Below the pieces are notes generated by a model, which saw only the letters and a list, made by a program, of their open reading frames with translations, ran no database searches and was not told where the DNA came from. DNA of 63,980 bases, filler included, from Nitrospinota bacterium (GTDB lineage Bacteria > JAUXIQ01), in assembly GCA_030620925.1 (NCBI GenBank). It is 13 parts of 13 records of this genome, joined end to end, with 100 filler letters (N's around TTAATTAATTAA, not from the genome) between each part and the next. Parts side by side here need not be neighbours in the genome. Positions count along the whole stretch, not along the records: positions 7,360 to 12,741 come from JAUXIQ010000165.1; positions 12,842 to 16,646 come from JAUXIQ010000280.1; positions 16,747 to 20,590 come from JAUXIQ010000277.1; 10 more parts are not named here. One strand, given 5' to 3'. Each line of letters opens with the position of its first letter. Positions within the stretch are counted from its first letter, which is position 1. Positions 9,273 through 19,144 of this stretch are shown in pieces. A program made the translations under genes and the position numbers.

Positions 9273-9412
9273 AATTTCTCTCCCGTAATGCTGATCATCA
9301 GCCGCCTCTGTTTTGCAGCTAAAAAGAGTTTGCCACCCTGAGAGTCCGTTGCTATTATAGCACCCGTTCGAAATCGGAAGTCAAAGTATTACCATTATTT
9401 CAAGGAGACATC

Positions 9413-10078
9413 ATGGACGTCTACAAAGCCGTAACAGAGAGACAGAGCATCCGCGCCTTCAAGGAAAAGTCCGTCCCCAAATCTCTGCTCAAGAAGATAT
9501 TTGAAACAGCCCTCCGGGCACCGTCCTGGGCGAACTCGCAGCCCTGGGAGTTCGCCATCGTGGGCGGGGAAACGCTGCAGGCCCTGGCGGAGGAACTGTT
9601 TGAGCTGGGCCAGACGGAAGTCCCCGGCAACCCCGACCGCCCCATGCCGGAAAAGTGGCCCGACCTGAACAATGAGCGCATCCGCGGCCTGGGGAAGAAG
9701 ATGTTCGAGGCCATGTCCATTCCCCGGGAGGATAAGGAGCGCCGCAAGGAACATTACAGCCGCAACTACAGGTTCTTCGGGGCCCCCAACATAATCTACA
9801 TATACCTGGACCAGGAACTGGGCGTCTATTCAATGCTGGACGTGGGTATAATCGTCCAGACCATCGCCCTGCTGGCCACCGCCGAGGGTCTGGGCACCTG
9901 TTTCCTGGCTTCATCCTCACGCTACCCGGACGTGGTTCGTGAAAAAGTGGGCATTCCCAAGAGTAAGGACATCGTGTTGGGCGTCGCCATCGGCTACCCG
10001 GACAGCAAGGATGCCTCCAACAAGTTCCGCTCCGACCGGGGGGAATTTGACGAATTCGTCCGCTGGGTGGACGTCTAA
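9413..10078 (+). CDS. Nitroreductase family protein
   Basis: RQSIRAFK, APSWANSQPWEF, RFFGAP, EGLGTC, AIGYPD. Confidence 0.93.
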   Translation: MDVYKAVTERQSIRAFKEKSVPKSLLKKIFETALRAPSWANSQPWEFAIVGGETLQALAEELFELGQTEVPGNPDRPMPEKWPDLNNERIRGLGKKMFEAMSIPREDKERRKEHYSRNYRFFGAPNIIYIYLDQELGVYSMLDVGIIVQTIALLATAEGLGTCFLASSSRYPDVVREKVGIPKSKDIVLGVAIGYPDSKDASNKFRSDRGEFDEFVRWVDV

Positions 10079-10079
10079 A

Positions 10080-10733
10080 TCATAAGCCCAACCAGGCGGT
10101 GAACTCGTCTACGGTGCCCCGGTCCGTTCTGGCGCTGTTAATGGGCGCATCAGGGTCGGGATAACCCAGGGCCAGGCCCAGTAATAATTTCTTCGATTCG
10201 GGCAGCTCCAGGAACTCCCTTATCTGGTTGGAGAAGAGTATCACCGACCGCTCGGCGCAGGTGCCCAACCCCTCGTTTACCGCCGAGAGCATGAGTGTCT
10301 GCACGAAGAGGCCGGCATCGAAGGTGGAATAATCCCCCATGCTCCTCTCCACCCACACCATGACGGCCACCGGGGCATCGAAGAAGCGGAACATCTCCAG
10401 GGGGTAGGAAGTGCCCGGCTCCGGGGGGGCGAGATATTCGCCCAGCTTGGCGTGCACCTCGTTCCGCCTGGCCAGCATCTTCTCCGGGATGTCCTGGGGG
10501 ATGGGCACATCGGGGTCGGGCTTCACCCCCTTGCGGATGCAATCCACCAGAATGGAATCCAGCTCTTCTTTTTTGTCCCCGGTCACTACCGCAAGCTCCC
10601 AGGGCTGGGTGTTGGAGCCCGAGGGAGACCAGAGCGCTGTATCGATAACCCTTTCCAGCACCTCCCTGGGCACGGGGTCCGGCTTATAAGCCCGGACGCT
10701 CATCCTTGCCTTCACCACTTCTACGAAATCCAT
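10080..10733 (-). CDS. Nitroreductase family protein
   Basis: RMSVRAYK, SPSGSNTQPWE, RFFDAP, EGLGTC, ALGYPD. Confidence 0.93.
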   Translation of the reverse strand: MDFVEVVKARMSVRAYKPDPVPREVLERVIDTALWSPSGSNTQPWELAVVTGDKKEELDSILVDCIRKGVKPDPDVPIPQDIPEKMLARRNEVHAKLGEYLAPPEPGTSYPLEMFRFFDAPVAVMVWVERSMGDYSTFDAGLFVQTLMLSAVNEGLGTCAERSVILFSNQIREFLELPESKKLLLGLALGYPDPDAPINSARTDRGTVDEFTAWLGL

Positions 10734-10996
10734 GAACGTCTCCTCCCCATAAATGGCGAAAAGTTTTTACCGGTTGCTCCTCACGTCTGATGCCTGGCTT
10801 CCGTCCCCCGCTGATATATCAGAGGGTGCTTCCTGCGGTCAACTGAATTTTTATAGTGATTAGCACTTTCGCTGCGGGTTGACATTAATTTCCGCGGCTA
10901 GGCGAGAAAAAAAGTGTGTGCTGCGTGCCAGTCGTACTCACCGGTTCCGCAGCAAACGATTTTGCCCACCCCCTCGACCTCAACAAGGGGAATGAA

Positions 10997-11284
10997 GTGA
11001 CTAAAGGGCGCAACAGGAAAGGGAGTCTACTGCCGTGGATTATTCTCTTCCTGATTGTAGGAGGGGGTTTGATGCATTGCGGCCACCCCGGCAGTCCATG
11101 CGGCTTTTCCCAGCTTAACGACATCAAACACCATCAGATAACATCCTTCCATTGCTGCATGGTGGTGATTTCCATACTGTTTATTTTTCTCTTCAGTTCT
11201 CCCGTCTTCTTCTACCCGGCGCTGAAGGAGGGGAATAAGCTCCAGCGGGGCTACCTCATCCTTCCCTTCAGACCACCTCGATAA
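10997..11284 (+). CDS. His/Cys-rich small membrane ORF ending in PFRPPR (putative DUF2946/CutF/CruR-like leader)
   Basis: GTG start after AAGGGG; hydrophobic N-terminal segment, HCGH..PC..HH..HCC, a second hydrophobic segment, and a C-terminal RPPR. Confidence 0.6.
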   Translation: MTKGRNRKGSLLPWIILFLIVGGGLMHCGHPGSPCGFSQLNDIKHHQITSFHCCMVVISILFIFLFSSPVFFYPALKEGNKLQRGYLILPFRPPR

Positions 11285-11506
11285 GAATCCGGTTATTGCC
11301 CCGGCGTCAGCCGAACCCCCGGAAGAAGTCGTTTCCGTAGCCTTTTCCAGAGCGATCCCTATTCGTGTTGTCTTCCCGTTCGTCGCTCTATTCACCTCAC
11401 CTTCTTCCATCCCTGAGGGGTTAATGGTTTCATTTCGGAAGCAGGCTGTCGCCGGGGGTATTCACATCGCAACAAAAACCTTATGCTTGTAAAGGGGAAA
11501 CACACA

Positions 11507-12718
11507 ATGACGAAAAAAAGCATAATCTTTTGCTTGAGCCTTGTAGCCGCCCTGTTCATCGGCAGCGGGATATCCTGGGGATTCCAGGATGAAGGCACCA
11601 TCAGGATAGGGCAGATGGAAGTGTTGAGCGGGCCCTTTGCGGAAGCAGGTATGGAGGCTATCTTCATTTCAGATTTCGCCGTCAAAGAGATTAACGCCAT
11701 GGGGGGAGTGAAGATTGGCGGCAAGATGGTGAAGCTGGACAAGAGGAACTATGACTCCGCCTGCAACCCCGAACAGGGCATCAACGTCACCCGCAAAATG
11801 GCCAATGAGGACAAGGTACTGGTGATGGTAGGGCCTTCATGCTCCAGCGTGGCGGAGCCGGTATACGGGCTGTTCCAGAAGAAGCTGGGCGACGCCAACG
11901 ACATCGGCCTCCGGGTGACCATCTTCACCGATATAGCCACCAAGTTCGGACTGGAGCGGCTGACTCCGTGGGCTTTCCGCAACACCGGCAACGAGAAGCT
12001 CATGTATGATGACGTGTTCGGGAAGATGAAAAAGTATTACGGGGTAAAGACGATAGCCGCGGGCTACGAGAAGAATTTCTCACACTCACGGGGCACCTAC
12101 GAGTCGGGCTTCGTGCCTGCGGCGAAGAAACATGGCCTGAAAATCATAGAGGTCCAGAACTGGCTGCTGGACGACACCGATTTCTCGGTCCAGATAACCA
12201 AGCTGCGCAGAGCCAAGGCGGACATGCGGGCCACCGGCGCGCACCATCCCTCCATGTGCCGGGCCTTGCAGGAGGCCAGGAGGCAGGGCTGGACGCCCAA
12301 GGTCCACGTGGCCATAACCAGCGCCACCCTCCAGGATACCCTGGACGTGTGCGCTGACGTGGCGGAAAACATCATCATCCCCACCAATTTTCTGGCCCTG
12401 CCCGGCCGCCCGCTGGAGGTATACACCAAAATCCTCAAGGCCTCCGGCGACAAGTACTACATGACCCACCACAACTCGGCCAGCTACGAGGTCATCTGGA
12501 TCATCAAGAAGGTCATCGAGGATGCGGGCATAAAGAACCGTCCCGATACCCTTCAGGAGGACCGCCGGAAGTTCAGGGATGCCCTGGCCAAGATAAAAAA
12601 CTTCCCCGGCCTCCTGGGATCAATCAGTTTTGACAAATGGGGCCAGGCCGAAAAGGAGTTTGTCATAGGGACGGTGAAAGGCGGCAAGTGGGTCGAATGG
12701 AAGCCGCCGGCAAAGTAA
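11507..12718 (+). CDS. Branched-chain amino acid-type ABC transporter substrate-binding protein (LivJ/LivK-like)
   Basis: Signal peptide; IRIG...LSGPFA, EINAMGG, VGPSCSS, DTDFSVQITKL, FPGLLGSISFDKWG. Confidence 0.9.
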   Translation: MTKKSIIFCLSLVAALFIGSGISWGFQDEGTIRIGQMEVLSGPFAEAGMEAIFISDFAVKEINAMGGVKIGGKMVKLDKRNYDSACNPEQGINVTRKMANEDKVLVMVGPSCSSVAEPVYGLFQKKLGDANDIGLRVTIFTDIATKFGLERLTPWAFRNTGNEKLMYDDVFGKMKKYYGVKTIAAGYEKNFSHSRGTYESGFVPAAKKHGLKIIEVQNWLLDDTDFSVQITKLRRAKADMRATGAHHPSMCRALQEARRQGWTPKVHVAITSATLQDTLDVCADVAENIIIPTNFLALPGRPLEVYTKILKASGDKYYMTHHNSASYEVIWIIKKVIEDAGIKNRPDTLQEDRRKFRDALAKIKNFPGLLGSISFDKWGQAEKEFVIGTVKGGKWVEWKPPAK

Positions 12719-12841
12719 CCGGTTAAGAAGACAAAGGGTTCNNNNNNNNNNNNNNNNNNNNNNNNNNNNNNNNNNNNNNNNNNNNTTAATTAATTAANNN
12801 NNNNNNNNNNNNNNNNNNNNNNNNNNNNNNNNNNNNNNNNN

Positions 12842-13838
12842 CCAGGAAACCATCTCCTGTGGCGTCCATCTCGCGGCCTTGAAACTTGATGAGCTCTGTG
12901 CGCACCATGGCCCGATGATCCTCCAGAAGCTCTTTCCACCGGCTGTCTCCCAATTCGGCAGCTTTTTCAGTGGAGCCGACGATATCCGTGAACATTAGGG
13001 TGACCAAAACCCGGCCACTCTCTGTCGTAATCGGATCACCAAGGAACTCACTAATGGCCCTCAGCACGGGATCAGAATTACCCAACCAAGGGAAGTGAAC
13101 ATTTCCTTCAAGAGGTATAAATCTGGCATCGGGAATAGATGCCGCCAATTCTCTGCCTTGTTGAAAAGGCATAGTTCGATCTTTCTTGCGATGCATAACT
13201 ATCGCAGGGACGCGGAGTGTAGGGAGAAGGTGGGCTATGTCTATTTGGTAAACGGCGGCCATTGAGTCAGCGGTAAACTCAGCAGAAGCAGCTTCTCGTT
13301 GGAATTTGGTAAACCGTTTCGCTTTTTCGCTATCTGCATCGGGCATAAAGACGTCCGTCATAATCTTTGAACCAAACCCCCAATGGGCTCGGGCCAAAGA
13401 TATCATCAACTCCTTTACCTCATCTTTGGCTACCGCATCACCACGCGCATAGGTGCCGTAAAGGGCCAAGTGGGAGATACGTGGAGGGTATTTACTGGCG
13501 AACGCTATAGCCAGAGGACCACCTCGATGAGTGCCTAATAGTGCCATGCTCGATAACCCAAGATGCTCGATTACAGTTTCTAAATCTCGAAGTTCTGCTT
13601 CCAAAGAGAAATCTGTCTTTTCCCTGTCTGAAAGACCCACACCACGTCTGTCATATCTGACGATAGTATGATAGCGCGCCAATTTCTCGAAGAACGCACT
13701 CCAAGACTGGTCTTCCAATTCCAACTCCAGATGGCTAACGCACGCCCCAAGATAAACCAGCGCAGGCCCCTGGCCCACGGTGGCGTAAGCTAACCGCGCG
13801 CCGTCGGGAGTGGTGCAGAAGCGAATCTGCTGTTCCAT
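12842..13838 (-). CDS. Alpha/beta-hydrolase fused to class III nucleotide cyclase (LipJ/Rv1900c-like architecture), 3'-truncated
   Basis: IRFCTTPDGARLAYA, YDRRGVGLSDR, then LVTLMFTDIVGST and TGDGFL. Start MEQQIRF follows GGAGGGAAGG. Confidence 0.9.
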
Positions 13839-13977
13839 CGCCTTCCCTCCCTGGGTTTCACGCCAAAGGACATTAGCGAACATCTAAAAAAAATACTCTT
13901 ATTCGCGCCTGAAAGGAAAATAAAACCTGTTTCCATGGTCTCATCCCCCCCTGATACTTCAGAGCATAAGTTACTCC

Positions 13978-15063
13978 TTAAGGGACGCTGGTTGGGTATT
14001 CGGTCTTGAGGGTCAGAACGCCTTCCCGGATGGGCACCACCTTCTCGCCCACGTCGGAGGGCACGTTGATGGTGCCGCCTATGCTGGAGTAGGTGAACAG
14101 CCTGGAGTTGAGGTGAGCGTGCACCGGTATACCGGGGGCGCTGTGCACCTCGTAGTCCAGCGGGATAGCGCCGTGGTGGGTGAGTATCCGATGCAGCGCG
14201 CCGGAAAATTTAAGGAGTTTCTCTTTGCTCAGCTCTGTGAGCGAGCATCTTTCTCCCGGCATGACCACGTCGAAGCTGCGGGGGAACTTTCCGTAGGGGC
14301 TCCAGTAGGATAACACGTCTTCATCTTCCTCTACGATCAGGCCCAGCTCCCTGATCACCTCAACCCCTTCCTCCCAGATGCCCGGCTCCGACTCGGTGAC
14401 GCGCAACTCCTGCAGCACGTCCGGGTAGTGCTGATCTGCGCCCAGCACCTGATTATGTATGTGAGGCTGGGAAGCGCCCGACTCCGGCCCCTGGTTCTTC
14501 CTGATGATTACTGAATGGACGTGGGGGTTGGAATAGGCGTGGCGCATCACCTCCACGTCGAACTCCATGAGCCGGTAGAAATGGATGGGCGCCAGGGCCC
14601 CCGAATATATAAGCTCTTTCATCTGCGCGGCATGGGGATGAAAATGGCGGCTGTCCTCGATCACCACGTAGGACTCGTTGGAGCCGCCGGTGCAGACTTC
14701 GGGCACGCGGGGGATCAGGTTGTGCACCGCACGCATGGCCCATCCGCCGGGATCAACGCCGTCGGGCAGAGTATCATGGTCTAAAATTTCACCCCAGCTC
14801 ACCCGCAGTGCTTCTCCCGGGGTTTTATCTTCATTGCCGGGGCAAAACACGCACTGCCTCACGGCTTCTTCCATCTGCCTCCTGATTTCCGGCGCGGGCT
14901 CTCTTCCAGGCTCCGGCTCGCGCAGCATGGTATCCATAAAGCCGCCCTTGCTGACGACAGCCATGGTCTTCTTGTGTATGTCGTTGAAGTAGGTGGTGCA
15001 CCCATTGAAGGGGTTCTTCACCCACACAATCACCCCGTCTTTTTTCCCATGCTCTACAGGCAT
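13978..15063 (-). CDS. GalT/HIT-superfamily nucleotidyltransferase-like protein
   Basis: CVFCPGNE, NLIPR and KNQGPESGASQPHIHNQ (HxHxQ active-site motif). Confidence 0.8.
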   Translation of the reverse strand: MPVEHGKKDGVIVWVKNPFNGCTTYFNDIHKKTMAVVSKGGFMDTMLREPEPGREPAPEIRRQMEEAVRQCVFCPGNEDKTPGEALRVSWGEILDHDTLPDGVDPGGWAMRAVHNLIPRVPEVCTGGSNESYVVIEDSRHFHPHAAQMKELIYSGALAPIHFYRLMEFDVEVMRHAYSNPHVHSVIIRKNQGPESGASQPHIHNQVLGADQHYPDVLQELRVTESEPGIWEEGVEVIRELGLIVEEDEDVLSYWSPYGKFPRSFDVVMPGERCSLTELSKEKLLKFSGALHRILTHHGAIPLDYEVHSAPGIPVHAHLNSRLFTYSSIGGTINVPSDVGEKVVPIREGVLTLKTEYPTSVP

Positions 15064-15096
15064 ATCCCAATATCCTGCTTCGGATAGATCAGACTT

Positions 15097-16038
15097 TTAT
15101 ATTTCAGGGTTGACCAGGATTTTAATTTCGTCCTTTATATCCTGGGAGAGTTTCTCCATTCCCATGGTGACGATGTCGTCCAGTCCGATTGTGCTGGTGA
15201 CGATCCGGGCCGAGGGTATCTTCCCCTCGGCGATGAGAGGAACGGTAGCGTCAAAATCGGCCCCCAGGGTGAATATCAATGAGATGTCTTTCTCCAGTAA
15301 ATGGAAAACGTCCAGGCTGACTTCCTCCATGAACACCCCCTCGACGACGATCCTCCTGCGGCGGCGCGTGGAGTTAATGCAGTCCATGAGGGAGGGCCTG
15401 ATTCCCACGCACTCGAACGACACATCCACACCCTTGCCGCCGGTTCGCTTCTTCATCTCCTCCACCAGGTCGCACTGAGTGGGATCGAACACCTCGTCCG
15501 CTCCCAATTCCCCCGCAAGCGCCCTCCTCGTTGGAGCCGATTCGCTCACGTAAACGGGCCCCGCACCCGCCGCTTTCAAGGCCATCACGGTCAGCAGACC
15601 TATCGGCCCCGCGCCCACAACCAGGGTGTTTTCTCCCGGCTGCAAGGATGCTTTGCCCACTGCGTAGCAGGCTACGGTCGTCGGCTCGGTTACCGCCCCG
15701 TCTTCGTAGCTCATTGCGTCGGCCATCTTATGGAATAACCTCGAAGGCGCCGCCACGTATTCGGCGTAGGCCCCTGTCACGGCCTTGCCCACCACCCTGT
15801 CGCCTGGCTTATAATCATCGACTTTGGGGCCGACTTCCGCCACTTCGCCCGAGAATTCATGGCCCCATACTCCGGGTGCGAAAACCCCTACGAAGGGGCC
15901 GTGATGATACTCATGCACGTCCGACCCGCAGATGCCGCAGTATTTCACCTTGACCAGAAGTCCGTCATCCGGCACCTCCGGCACCGGAACATCTTCCACC
16001 CTTACGTCATGCACACCGTAATAGACCGCTTTTTTCAT
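15097..16038 (-). CDS. Zinc-dependent medium-chain dehydrogenase (2,3-butanediol/sorbitol dehydrogenase-like)
   Basis: CGICGSDVHEY, GHEFSG and GAGPIG; lacks the structural-Zn Cys lobe. Confidence 0.9.
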   Translation of the reverse strand: MKKAVYYGVHDVRVEDVPVPEVPDDGLLVKVKYCGICGSDVHEYHHGPFVGVFAPGVWGHEFSGEVAEVGPKVDDYKPGDRVVGKAVTGAYAEYVAAPSRLFHKMADAMSYEDGAVTEPTTVACYAVGKASLQPGENTLVVGAGPIGLLTVMALKAAGAGPVYVSESAPTRRALAGELGADEVFDPTQCDLVEEMKKRTGGKGVDVSFECVGIRPSLMDCINSTRRRRRIVVEGVFMEEVSLDVFHLLEKDISLIFTLGADFDATVPLIAEGKIPSARIVTSTIGLDDIVTMGMEKLSQDIKDEIKILVNPEI

Positions 16039-16216
16039 GGCGCCCTCCGACCATACCATTCGAGCAATTCGCAACGCCGATGTATGTTTTACGTTGACTG
16101 AACACCCCTATTGCGTTTACATTATTGAGCATCCCAGGAACAAAGTCAACGTAGTTTCCCATTAAGACTTAAGCGCCTTGACCGACAAGAGAGCGGTCTG
16201 AGGCAGGAGGGAAGAT

Positions 16217-16646
16217 ATGGACTTCAAGTTCACCGAAGAGCAAGAAATGTTGCGTCAATCAGTAGGCAAACTAATGGACAAGGTATGGTCCAAGGAGCTT
16301 GAGCGTGAGCACGACCGTACCGGCGAATATCCCTACGCGCTGTGGGACGCCTTTGCCGAAGCGGGATTCATGGCCCTTCCTTTCCCCGAGGAATACGGCG
16401 GCAGCGGAGGGAACGTAATAGACTTCTGCATCATGTCCGAGGAGTTGGGGAGCAGAAGCGCCGCCGCCAGGGGAGCCTATATCGGGCCTGTCCTCTTCGG
16501 GGGAATGAAGATTTTCTACAACGCCAGCGAAGAACAGAAGAAACATTATCTGCCCGCCATCGCCAGAGGCGAGCTGCGCTTCGCCTTCGGGCTCACCGAG
16601 CCCAACGCCGGATCAGACGCGGCAAACACGCAGACCCGCGCCGTGC
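16217..16646 (+). CDS. Acyl-CoA dehydrogenase, N-terminal part
   Basis: MDFKFTEEQEML, PEEYGGSGG, LTEPNAGSD; cut by the linker. Confidence 0.93.
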
Positions 16647-16746
16647 NNNNNNNNNNNNNNNNNNNNNNNNNNNNNNNNNNNNNNNNNNNNTTAATTAATT
16701 AANNNNNNNNNNNNNNNNNNNNNNNNNNNNNNNNNNNNNNNNNNNN

Positions 16747-16889
16747 AGAGCCTTGCCTCGGCCAAAGCCCTGTCTGTGCTGGATAAAGTGGTGGGTGGGC
16801 AGGCCCTGGTAAACTCCTTCAACGATTGCTTCCTGCTCATTTCGGTCATGGTGGTAATAGTGATCATACCGGCTCTCCTCGTTAAATGA
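16747..16889 (+). CDS. C-terminal fragment of a DHA2-type MFS transporter
   Basis: ...KALSVLDKVVGGQALVNSFNDCFLLISVMVVIVIIPALLVK*, resembling the tail of the MFS at 61128-61719. Confidence 0.6.
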
Positions 16890-17048
16890 TGGTTTTTGAT
16901 ACGACTTGCCCCTCTGAAATCCGTCCGGAGTCTATATCAGGATTTGTACCCAGCGAGGATACCTCAATAACCGGGGTCAGGCTAAACGTTGGTTTCCGGC
17001 CTGTTCGATCGGCCTTTTACCCGCCAAACAGACTGGTTCCGCCTTCCC

Positions 17049-17786
17049 TTACCAGACGGCGCGGGCAAGCGTCAAGACGTGCACTTCAGCGGCTCCGCCC
17101 TTTTTAAGCGTGCGGGCGCATTCGTCCACCGTGGCGCTCGAAGTGAGAACGTCATCCACCAGCAACACCGATTTCCCCTTCAGCTCTTCAGTGTTTTCGG
17201 CGCTGAAAGCCTTTCTGACGTTTTTCCGCCTGTCCTTAACGTCGGTCTGGCTCTGAGTGTTGACCACCCGGGTGAGCAGATGCGTCGCAACCGGTATCCC
17301 AAGGGCATCCGCCGCCGCCCTGGCCAGCAATGCCGACTGGTCGAACTCCCGCCTCAACAGCCGCCACCGGTGCAGGGGAACGTTAAGCACCAGGTCCAAC
17401 CGCCTGCGCTCCATGAGGCGGCCCGCATGCTGTTCCATAAGAAACGAGCAGTCGCCCCCTGCAGTCAGCCTCCCCCGGAGTTTAAAAGCCAGTATCAACT
17501 CCCGCAGCGGGCTTTCATACCTGCCCACGGAGCGTGCGGTATCGAAGCGTTGCTTTAGTTGGCGGCAATCGCGGCAGAGGTGGTCAGGGCTCCACTGGAG
17601 AGCGTATTCGGATTTAAATGGAACCCCGCAGCGGGGGCAGAAGGGGGATTTTATGAAGGGAAGTCTATCCCAGCAGGCTTCGCACAGGGAGCGGTTTTCT
17701 TCCCGGGCCAAAATCGAAGCGCAGAATAGGCAGTGTCTGGGGTATACAACATCCAGGGCGACCTTGGGCAGGTCTCTGAGCTTCAT
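17049..17786 (-). CDS. comF: ComF family amidophosphoribosyltransferase-like protein
   Basis: N-terminal CxxC ribbons, VPLH...RREFDQS and LLVDDVLTSSAT. Confidence 0.92.
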   Translation of the reverse strand: MKLRDLPKVALDVVYPRHCLFCASILAREENRSLCEACWDRLPFIKSPFCPRCGVPFKSEYALQWSPDHLCRDCRQLKQRFDTARSVGRYESPLRELILAFKLRGRLTAGGDCSFLMEQHAGRLMERRRLDLVLNVPLHRWRLLRREFDQSALLARAAADALGIPVATHLLTRVVNTQSQTDVKDRRKNVRKAFSAENTEELKGKSVLLVDDVLTSSATVDECARTLKKGGAAEVHVLTLARAVW

Positions 17787-17816
17787 TTTGAACTCTGAGT
17801 CTAATAAGGGCTCTTT

Positions 17817-18695
17817 TCAGCAGCAGCCTTTTCGGGCCAGCCCTTTAACTTTTATGCTTGAGAGCACGGGATCGTTCCTGTCCAGCTCTTCTTCGACTTG
17901 TTTTCTGACCTCTGCATCCAGGTTGTCCAATGAACAGCCCAACATTTTCTTTAGCTGTTTTCCGGTGAGGTCTGACCGAGCGACCACCTGGACGTCGCTG
18001 AAACCGGCATACCTGATGGCCCCCAGGTACTCCTCCTCCGGTATAGCGCCGCCGATGCAGCTCGCCCACGAATTGATGTCCTGCCGCAGGGCCTGGGGCA
18101 TATCGAGGATAACTATGTCGGAGACCATGAGCCTGCCTCCATCCCGGCACACCCGGAAGGCTTCCTTGAAAACTTTGCCCTTGTCAGGGGCCAGGTTGAT
18201 GACGCAGTTGCTTATTATCAGGTCCACGCTGTTATCTCCGGCGGGCATCGCTTCCGCTTCGCCCAACCTGAATTCAACGTTATCGGCTCCCGCCTGGGCG
18301 ACGTTTTCCTTCGCCCTGTCTATCATCTCCTGAAGCATGTCCATGCCGATAACTTTGCCTTTCGGCCCTACTTTCTTCGCCGCCAGGATGACGTCTATGC
18401 CCGCGCCGGAGCCGATGTCCAGCACCACGTCGTCCTCACGGATTTCCGCCAGTGCGACGGGGTTGCCGCATCCGAAAGCGCTATCCACCGCATCCTGCGG
18501 CAGCTCGGCGAGCTCTTCCTCGGTGTAACCTATGGCCTTGGCATACTTCTCCTTCTCGCTGGGGGTAAAGGGGTCCTGCTGTTCACAGCACGAAGGGGGT
18601 GAAGTATCGCAACAAGATGAGGGCTTTTCCCGCCTGGCCAGCTCGGAGTAATGCTCCTTAACCACTTCTTTTACTTTTTTATCATTCACCGCCAT
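17817..18695 (-). CDS. arsM: Arsenite S-adenosylmethyltransferase-like protein
   Basis: FGCGNP, VLDIGSGAGID, ISNCVINL, WASCIGGA and terminal CC pairs. Confidence 0.85.
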   Translation of the reverse strand: MAVNDKKVKEVVKEHYSELARREKPSSCCDTSPPSCCEQQDPFTPSEKEKYAKAIGYTEEELAELPQDAVDSAFGCGNPVALAEIREDDVVLDIGSGAGIDVILAAKKVGPKGKVIGMDMLQEMIDRAKENVAQAGADNVEFRLGEAEAMPAGDNSVDLIISNCVINLAPDKGKVFKEAFRVCRDGGRLMVSDIVILDMPQALRQDINSWASCIGGAIPEEEYLGAIRYAGFSDVQVVARSDLTGKQLKKMLGCSLDNLDAEVRKQVEEELDRNDPVLSSIKVKGLARKGCC

Positions 18696-19015
18696 TTCCT
18701 ATCCCTCCTCTATAAATCTTTATAAATTATCACTGAACCTTTTCTCTAAAATACCCTATCTCTCAGGTCGCGCCTGGAAGGCGCTCATAAAATGGTACCT
18801 AAAAGCGGCATCTCGCGGCGACAGCCGGGTGCACGGCAGATTACCGTCTTTTGAGCGTCATTCTCAAAGGATTCCTATATATTGTATCATACAACAATAT
18901 CCTTAATATCCTTCATGCAAGGACAATCTGTCAACAAAAAAACTATCCGGAAACCGTATTTTAAAAAAAAAGTGTCCATTTATTAACACAAAATAGAGTT
19001 ATAAACGAAAAACCG

Positions 19016-19044
19016 TTGCTACATGCCAACGCGTAAATTATAAT
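19016..19044 (+). promoter_or_regulatory. Putative sigma70 promoter for the bacterioferritin operon
   Basis: TTGCTA-17 nt-TATAAT. Confidence 0.55.
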
Positions 19045-19144
19045 TTATGGGAGCATGGTAAAAGCCCGCTGTTATGAAGCGGAATTGGATAATACCACCT
19101 TAAGACGAAACCATCGGCGTTTTGTAACAAAGGAGGAGAAAAAG

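Noticed and set aside
17049-17819. arsM ends ...GCC-TGA and is in frame with comF through 10 sense codons (possible Sec read-through fusion)
   Set aside because: Terminal CC is common in ArsM, no convincing SECIS hairpin follows, and an in-frame 30-nt gap is easily chance.
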